Shown: in pieces, positions 58,152 to 64,000 of the stretch | Numbering within the stretch: position 1 is the stretch's first letter | How the letters are laid out: every line of letters begins with the position of its first letter | Assembly: GCA_018830885.1 (NCBI GenBank) | Contig: JAHJRI010000327.1 | Location: forward strand, 1,691 to 65,690 | From: a bacterium | Lineage (GTDB): Bacteria > SAR324 > XYD2-FULL-50-16 | Reading direction: 5' to 3' | Length of the DNA: 64,000 nucleotides | Position numbers and translations under genes: made by a program | Notes under the pieces: generated by a model | Database searches by the model: none | What the model saw: only the letters and a program-made list of their open reading frames with translations | Told to the model about the DNA's origin: nothing

Positions 58152-58296
58152 AAAGTTTTGAATGGAAAATTCAGATTATGGAACAGGATGTGAATGATGT
58201 AGAACAGATTTTTTCCAACAATAATGGCCCTGGTAAATCAGATCGCGGTTGGCTGTTCAGTAGTGATTACGTCCATTCATATTCAGACAGGAAAAG

Positions 58297-59280
58297 ATGG
58301 AAAAAGGAAAAAGCCAAATCAAATTAAAATTATTGATATTCTTATTTTTTTCTGCACTATTACTGTTTGTGACAAATAATGGTTTCGCCGAATGTTGTCA
58401 GGAATCCGGGACCTTCAGTAAACTGGAAAGACAAAATCTGGTCCGGTTATTTGATCAACCCGATTATGATAAAACCATTATCCGGAAAATATTCTTCGAT
58501 CCAAGACTGCAAAAAATGCCTGTTGTTGTTAATCGAAACGTTGATAACAAAGAGGTCAAAAGAAACTATGATGAATTTCTCAATCGGTACTCCATCCATC
58601 TGGCAAATAAATTCGCTAAAAAATGGCGCACCCTTCTGGCTCGCGCCAGCAGGAAATTCAACGTAGACAAGGAGATACTGGTAGCCATACTGCTGATTGA
58701 AACCGGCTTTGGGAACGTGTTGGGTCGATACCCCATTGTATCAGTCTATTCATCCATTATTGTCGAGAATATGCGGCAACAGAGGCAGTGTGTGCAGATC
58801 GAAATGAGAGGTTGCCTGGAATCCACACCGATCAATCGTCTTAAAATGAAAGCACAATGGGCTGAAAAGGAACTCAGGGCGCTTATCGAGATCGCAGAAA
58901 GCTCGGATCGGAATCTGTTCCATTTCAAGGGAAGTTATGCCGGGGCTTTTGGAATTCCGCAGTTTCTGCCCAGCAGTTATTTGAAATGGGGATATGACAG
59001 TGACCGGAACGGTTCGGTGAACCTGTTTCTGCTTCCTGACGCCATCTATTCAACCGCAAACTACTTGAAAGCCCATGGCTGGAGCAAAGGACTGCACAAC
59101 GAATCAAACCGGGATGTTATCTGGGAATACAATCACAGCCGTATCTATGTGGACACCGTATTTAAGGTGGCTCACAAGATTCAAGTCCATCCGGTAAAAT
59201 TGAAAAAAGATATGCCCAGCCCGGAGAAACCCCAGATTACGCAAAATATCAAAAAACAAAGCAGCAACAACCCTTCCTGA
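58297..59280 (+). CDS. lytic murein transglycosylase (MltB/SLT_2-like)
   Basis: Signal/anchor LKLLIFLFFSALLLFV. ...VAILLIETGFG... catalytic Glu region. GAFGIPQFLPSSY motif. Confidence 0.8.
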   Translation: MEKGKSQIKLKLLIFLFFSALLLFVTNNGFAECCQESGTFSKLERQNLVRLFDQPDYDKTIIRKIFFDPRLQKMPVVVNRNVDNKEVKRNYDEFLNRYSIHLANKFAKKWRTLLARASRKFNVDKEILVAILLIETGFGNVLGRYPIVSVYSSIIVENMRQQRQCVQIEMRGCLESTPINRLKMKAQWAEKELRALIEIAESSDRNLFHFKGSYAGAFGIPQFLPSSYLKWGYDSDRNGSVNLFLLPDAIYSTANYLKAHGWSKGLHNESNRDVIWEYNHSRIYVDTVFKVAHKIQVHPVKLKKDMPSPEKPQITQNIKKQSSNNPS

Positions 59281-59498
59281 ACAAGATCGACCGATATTAT
59301 TCATTTTGGCTCTTTTCCTAGAGAAAGATCTGGGTTATCATAGAGGAAAGAGACGCAGCATGTATCTGAATCGTGCAGTTGAAAATGCAGTTGAATTGGG
59401 ATAAAAAATGCTGTCGAACTTAAAAAAGGCCGTTTGAATCAAAAGATTGCATTTGCTTTCCCGAGATCAGAATTACTACATTCAACATCATTTGAGCC

Positions 59499-59816
59499 AT
59501 GTCTGAAGAATATAAACCGGGAAACTTCGATCAGATAGATACCGAAGATAAGCAGAAAATTGAACTGCCGAAAAAATATAAAGTGATTTTGCACAATGAT
59601 GATTACACTCCCATGGAATTTGTTGTCGAAATCCTGATTGAAATTTTTCACAAAGATGAGCTCACGGCAACCAATATCATGTTGAATGTCCATAATCTCG
59701 GTCGGGGTGTTTGTGGCGTTTATACTTATGAGATTGCTGAAACCAAAATTGCGCGGGTCGCTGATTTGGCTCAGCAGTATGAATATCCTTTAAAGGCCAG
59801 TATGGAGGCGGAATAA
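59499..59816 (+). CDS. clpS: ATP-dependent Clp protease adaptor ClpS
   Basis: 105 aa. YKVILHNDDYTPMEFVVEIL..., ...VHNLGRGVCGVYTYEIAETK. Confidence 0.9.
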   Translation: MSEEYKPGNFDQIDTEDKQKIELPKKYKVILHNDDYTPMEFVVEILIEIFHKDELTATNIMLNVHNLGRGVCGVYTYEIAETKIARVADLAQQYEYPLKASMEAE

Positions 59817-59821
59817 ATATT

Positions 59822-62083
59822 ATGGGAGAAAAATATCGAGAGGATCGAATCATCAGCCGGGAATTGGAAATATCGTTAATTGCGGCTGTTCGGGATGCAC
59901 AGAAGAGACGGCATGAATATGTCACTTTGGAGCATGTTTTTTATGCGATTCTTTTCGATCCGAAAACCGCGCAAGTGATCGAGGATTGCGGTGGCAACAT
60001 TTCAGAACTGAAATACCTGGTTGACCAGTATCTGACAAGCAAGATAGAACCCCTTCCGGATGAAGTATTGCAGGATCCTGTACAGACCCTTGCTTTTCAA
60101 CGCCTGATGCAACGCGTGATGAATCATGCTCAGAGTTCAGGTAAAAAAGAGGCGGATGGCGGGGATGTTCTGGCTGCGTTCTTTAAGGAGGTCAATTCAC
60201 ATACCGTTTTCTTCCTGAAAACACAAGGTATTACACGCCTTGATGTATTGCGCTCCATTTCCCATAACGATCTTAAAGACCCATCGATTCAAGAACAGGA
60301 AGGCCAAAAAACGACAACACGGGACAAGGGATCCAAGAAAACGGCTTTGGCAGCTTATACTGTGGACCTGACTCAGATGGCCAGAGAAGATAAGATCGAT
60401 CCCGTGATCGGACGAAATGAGATCCTGGAAAGAACCATGCAGGTACTGTGTCGCCGCAGGAAAAACAATCCCATTTTTGTCGGTGATCCTGGTGTTGGAA
60501 AAACCGCTATATCCGAAGGTTTAGCTCTTAAAATTGCATCCGGCAAGATCCCGGAGATACTCAAAGATGCAGAGATATTCAGTCTGGATATGGGGGCTTT
60601 GCTGGCTGGAACGAAATTTAGAGGGGACTTCGAACAGCGGCTCAAATCAGTTATCACGGAAGTAGAAAAACGTCCCCGGGCGATCCTGTTTATCGATGAA
60701 ATTCATACCATTGTCGGCGCTGGTTCCACCAGCGGCAGTTCCATGGACGCTTCAAACATTCTGAAACCAGCGCTGGTTTCAATGAATATCCGCTGCATGG
60801 GAGCGACTACCTATTCCGAATATCGGAATTTCTTCGAAAAAGATCGCGCTTTGTCCAGACGTTTTCAGAAGATTGACATTCCTGAGCCCACAATTGAAGA
60901 AACGGCGAAGATTCTAAGTGGTCTGAAACAGAAGTATGAAGACCACTATCAGATCAAGTACTCAGTTTCATCTATCAGACAGGCCGCAGAACTGTCCGCG
61001 AAATACATCAATGACCGCTTCCTGCCGGACAAGGCGATTGATGTCATTGATGAAGCTGGAGCCGCCTGCATGTTACTGCCCCCTTCGAAAAGGAGGAGCA
61101 CCATCAGTGTGCCTGATATTGAAAAGGTGGTTTCCCAGATTGCCCGAATACCGGTAAGGCAAGCGGTCAAATCTGACATAGAATCCTTGAAACAGCTAAA
61201 GAACAGACTTCAGCAGCGTGTTTTCGGTCAGGATGAAGCTATTTCCCATATCACAACCAGTATCAAGCGGAATAAGGCGGGTCTGGGACATCCAGAAAGA
61301 CCGATCGGGTCATTCCTGTTTACAGGACCAACTGGTGTGGGAAAAACGGAAGTGAGCAGGCAAATTGCTGATATTCTAGGTATTCACTTTGAACGTTATG
61401 ATATGAGTGAATATATGGAAAAACATTCAGTGTCCCGGTTGATTGGGGCTCCTCCAGGATATGTCGGGTTTGAACAGGGCGGATTAATGACCGAAGCGAT
61501 CCGGAAACATCCCCATACGGTGCTGCTTCTGGATGAAATTGAAAAAGCGCACCCTGACATTTTCAATATCCTGTTGCAGATTATGGATCATGCAACTCTG
61601 ACAGACAACAATGGACAAGAGGCTGACTTCAGGAATGTCATTCTGATTTTAACATCAAATGCCGGTTCGCAGGAGCGAGGGGCAAAAACTATCGGTTTCA
61701 ACTCTACCAACCAGCAAAAAGAGATAGAGGCCGTTGAAAGATTATTTCCTCCGGAATTCCGCAATCGACTGGATGCCATCGTCACTTTTAATTCTCTGAC
61801 ATCCGATGTTATGCTGTATGTTGTCGATAAATTCATCGATGAACTCCAGGATCAACTCAGGGCCAAAAAAGTGGTTCTGGAGCTTACGAAAAAAGCGAGG
61901 AAGTGGCTGGCCAAAAAAGGTTACAGTGCGGAATATGGCGCCCGTCCACTGGCCCGCGTGATTCAGAAAGAGATCAAAGACCAGCTGTCGGACGAAATCC
62001 TGTTTGGTGGACTGGCCAGGGGCGGAAAGGTCATCATTGACTGCAAGGACGATAAACTGGAGCAAACGTACCAGGCCGACTGA
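59822..62083 (+). CDS. clpA: ATP-dependent Clp protease ATP-binding subunit ClpA
   Basis: 753 aa. Clp N-domain, two AAA+ modules (GDPGVGKTA...FIDEIH; GPTGVGKTE...LLDEIEKAH). No ClpB middle coiled-coil. Directly follows clpS. Confidence 0.95.
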   Translation: MGEKYREDRIISRELEISLIAAVRDAQKRRHEYVTLEHVFYAILFDPKTAQVIEDCGGNISELKYLVDQYLTSKIEPLPDEVLQDPVQTLAFQRLMQRVMNHAQSSGKKEADGGDVLAAFFKEVNSHTVFFLKTQGITRLDVLRSISHNDLKDPSIQEQEGQKTTTRDKGSKKTALAAYTVDLTQMAREDKIDPVIGRNEILERTMQVLCRRRKNNPIFVGDPGVGKTAISEGLALKIASGKIPEILKDAEIFSLDMGALLAGTKFRGDFEQRLKSVITEVEKRPRAILFIDEIHTIVGAGSTSGSSMDASNILKPALVSMNIRCMGATTYSEYRNFFEKDRALSRRFQKIDIPEPTIEETAKILSGLKQKYEDHYQIKYSVSSIRQAAELSAKYINDRFLPDKAIDVIDEAGAACMLLPPSKRRSTISVPDIEKVVSQIARIPVRQAVKSDIESLKQLKNRLQQRVFGQDEAISHITTSIKRNKAGLGHPERPIGSFLFTGPTGVGKTEVSRQIADILGIHFERYDMSEYMEKHSVSRLIGAPPGYVGFEQGGLMTEAIRKHPHTVLLLDEIEKAHPDIFNILLQIMDHATLTDNNGQEADFRNVILILTSNAGSQERGAKTIGFNSTNQQKEIEAVERLFPPEFRNRLDAIVTFNSLTSDVMLYVVDKFIDELQDQLRAKKVVLELTKKARKWLAKKGYSAEYGARPLARVIQKEIKDQLSDEILFGGLARGGKVIIDCKDDKLEQTYQAD

Positions 62084-62198
62084 TCTCTGCTGTTCAGCAT
62101 CACACCAAGCGCCGGGGTTTTCTGGTTAAAAAAAGCCCCGGATAAACTGAAATCCCCCCACATTCAATCCGAAGCAGCGGGCGAGACCGGTTCTCCTT

Positions 62199-62780
62199 CT
62201 ACAAAACACCCTTGGAGGAGGGGACCTTGTCCGATGTTACGGAAACCGCCTGAGCCAGCGCCCTTCCTAAGCCTTTAAACAGGGATTCTACCCTGTGATG
62301 ATCGTTATCCCCATACAGGATTTCCTGATGCAGGGTCAGTTTTGCATTCAGTGCAAAACTCGAAAAAAAATGCGCTGTCATTTCAACCGGAAAGTCCCCG
62401 ATCTTTTCCGTTCCAAAACTGCCTTTGAATACGTGAAAGGGTCTTCCAGAGATATCGACAACAGTTCTGGTCAAGGTTTCATCCATTGGCAGGAAAACGG
62501 TGGCATATCGAGTAATGCCTTTATGGTCTCCAAGGGCGTCTAAAAATGCAGCTCCGAGAGCAATGGCGATGTCCTCGATCGAATGGTGCGCGCAGACCTG
62601 CAAGTCTCCCTTGCAGGTCAATCTCACGTCGAAACCTGAATGAAAGGACCAGATCTCCAACATGTGATCCAGAAAACCGATTCCGGTTTGAATATCGCTG
62701 AGCCCTTTACCGGCTAATATCAGACTGCCTTGTATGTCAGTTTCTTTTGTTTTTCGATGGAAATCCGTCTTTTTTTTCAT
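62199..62780 (-). CDS. hisB: imidazoleglycerol-phosphate dehydratase
   Basis: 193 aa. RKTKETDI..., GIGFLDHML..., ...DNDHHRVESLFKGLGRAL motifs. Confidence 0.95.
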   Translation of the reverse strand: MKKKTDFHRKTKETDIQGSLILAGKGLSDIQTGIGFLDHMLEIWSFHSGFDVRLTCKGDLQVCAHHSIEDIAIALGAAFLDALGDHKGITRYATVFLPMDETLTRTVVDISGRPFHVFKGSFGTEKIGDFPVEMTAHFFSSFALNAKLTLHQEILYGDNDHHRVESLFKGLGRALAQAVSVTSDKVPSSKGVL

Positions 62781-62783
62781 ATT

Positions 62784-64000
62784 TTAACCCATTTTTAGCC
62801 GCTCTTTGACAGCTGCAGCGTGAGCATGAAGATCTTCGAGTTCAGCAAATCTGGCAATAAGTTCTCCTTCCTGAAACAGCCTGCTTTTCGAGTACTTTAT
62901 CAATGACGAATGCTTTTGAAAATCCCGGACCGAAAGCGGCGAACCATATCTGGCAGCCCCGCCTGTGGGAATGGTGTGATTTGGACCTGCAAAATAGTCT
63001 CCCACGGTTTCAGTTGACCATTGACCGACAAAAACAGCCCCCGCGTTTCTGATCCGATTCAGGATATTTTCGTCACAGACCAGCAATTCCAGGTGTTCGG
63101 GGGCAATGGTGTTGACAATCTGGATGCCGTCATCAATGGTATCCACCAGTATAATTTTGCCTTTATCGTGCAGTGATTTTTTGATGATTTCATTTCTCGG
63201 TACGGACGGGACCAGTTCCTCAATTCGCTTCTGGACGTCAAGGGCTGTCTGTTTTAGAGTTGTCACCAGTATCGAGCGCGCCTCTTCGTCATGTTCCGCC
63301 TGGGTCAAGAGATCCCGGGCAATAAATTCAATGGGGACAGAAGGATCATCATGAAGAATGAGAATTTCACTGGGACCTGCTACCGAATCAATGCCGACTC
63401 TGCCAAACACCTGTCGTTTTGCTTCAGCTACATAGCGGTTTCCGGGCCCGGTAATTTTACAGACAGGGGCAATGGATTTCGTGCCATAGGCCAACGCTGC
63501 AATTCCCTGAGCTCCTCCCATGGTGAGCACCTCATCGAGTCCCAACATACTGCAGATTGCAAGCACCAGTGTATGAGGCAATCCGTTCCTGCCAGGGGGT
63601 GAGGCGATCACAATGGAGGGGACTTCAGCGATCTGGGCCGGCACCGCATTCATTAACAATGTAGAGGGGTAGAAGGCCTTTCCTCCGGGAATGTAAATCC
63701 CGACCCGATCAAGGGGCCGAACAAGTTCCCCCAGTATGGTTCCATCATCTCCGGTTTTCTCCCAGGACTGCGAGAGCTGAAAGCGATGGAACTGCCGAAT
63801 ATTTTCCAATGCTTTTTCTATTATCAGACGCGTCGCATCCGGCATGTTCTTTTCGGCTTCCCCCAATTTTTCAATGGGTACTCGGATCGTATCAATCCGA
63901 ACCTTGTCAAATTGACTTGTATAGTCAACCAGCGCGTCATCGCCAGATTCAATGACTCTGGAAATGATATCAGATACCTGCCGGGTCAGTGAATGATTGA
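62784..64000 (-). CDS. hisD: histidinol dehydrogenase; N-terminus lies outside the window
   Basis: The frame stays open beyond the ORF-track TTG at 63866 to the window edge (...ISRVIESGDDALVDYTSQFDKVRIDTIRVP...). ...AGPSEILI..., ...QAEHDE..., ...APEHLEL... motifs. Confidence 0.95.
   Translation of the reverse strand, partial: NHSLTRQVSDIISRVIESGDDALVDYTSQFDKVRIDTIRVPIEKLGEAEKNMPDATRLIIEKALENIRQFHRFQLSQSWEKTGDDGTILGELVRPLDRVGIYIPGGKAFYPSTLLMNAVPAQIAEVPSIVIASPPGRNGLPHTLVLAICSMLGLDEVLTMGGAQGIAALAYGTKSIAPVCKITGPGNRYVAEAKRQVFGRVGIDSVAGPSEILILHDDPSVPIEFIARDLLTQAEHDEEARSILVTTLKQTALDVQKRIEELVPSVPRNEIIKKSLHDKGKIILVDTIDDGIQIVNTIAPEHLELLVCDENILNRIRNAGAVFVGQWSTETVGDYFAGPNHTIPTGGAARYGSPLSVRDFQKHSSLIKYSKSRLFQEGELIARFAELEDLHAHAAAVKERLKMG

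Noticed and set aside
62105-62145. CCGGGG...CCCCGG inverted repeat between clpA and hisB, considered as a bidirectional terminator.
   Set aside because: The loop is about 18 nt and there is no U-tract following the stem on either strand. It is not convincing as an intrinsic terminator.
1-64000. Checked for an alternative genetic code, CRISPR arrays, transposases or integrases, group II intron domain V, and reverse transcriptases.
   Set aside because: TAA, TAG and TGA each terminate well-conserved genes at the expected lengths. No spaced direct-repeat arrays and no mobile-element protein motifs were seen on either strand.

Overview
This 64-kb window looks like core chromosome from a Gram-negative-type bacterium. 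It carries LPS core genes (waaA, kdsB, a heptose-1-P adenylyltransferase), an RND efflux pump and an Omp85-like barrel. By eye it is moderately AT-rich (not computed). I call about 58 protein genes. Packing is very tight, with many 4-nt start/stop overlaps and long co-directional strings.

The content is overwhelmingly housekeeping:
- Acetate metabolism: pta-ackA and an ADP-forming acetyl-CoA synthetase alpha subunit.
- Replication and repair: dnaB with a DUF721/DciA gene directly behind it, ruvB, recO.
- RNA modification: rsmA, dus, queG, miaB.
- Envelope: waaA, kdsB, rodA, a lytic transglycosylase.
- Biosynthesis: hemE, a PurM-like gene, ilvD, hisD-hisB, glgA.
- Proteolysis: clpS-clpA.
- Other: infA, an HU/IHF gene, ptsI, azlCD, and a heterodimeric ABC exporter pair.

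Reading both strands, I found no rRNA, tRNA, CRISPR array, transposase, integrase or phage genes. I cannot point to a clear-cut new system. The candidates I rank highest are:
1. A co-directional cluster (23783-31289) encoding an RCK-gated channel with an atypical TVGFSE pore, a signal-peptide-bearing 14-blade WD40 protein with an unrecognisable ~330-aa C-terminal domain, and two ABC exporter half-transporters.
2. Three Lys/Glu-rich orphan ORFs that appear AT-richer than their neighbours. One is 573 aa (31609-33330). One is 421 aa and translationally coupled to yjbQ. One is 189 aa and coupled to glgA.
3. A 911-aa protein with an Omp85-like C-terminal barrel and a large unknown N-terminal region.

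Sequence-level oddities:
- rsmA's conserved N-terminus has no ATG/GTG/TTG start and lies in frame with dciA across a single TAG.
- recO contains a near-perfect in-frame 2 x 75-bp tandem duplication.
- A 156-bp nested inverted-repeat element lies downstream of ackA.
- A GGATAATTATCC palindrome sits in a TTATCC-motif cluster.
- Several intergenic gaps are unusually long for such a compact region.

All functional calls rest on motif recognition by eye; no database search was possible.
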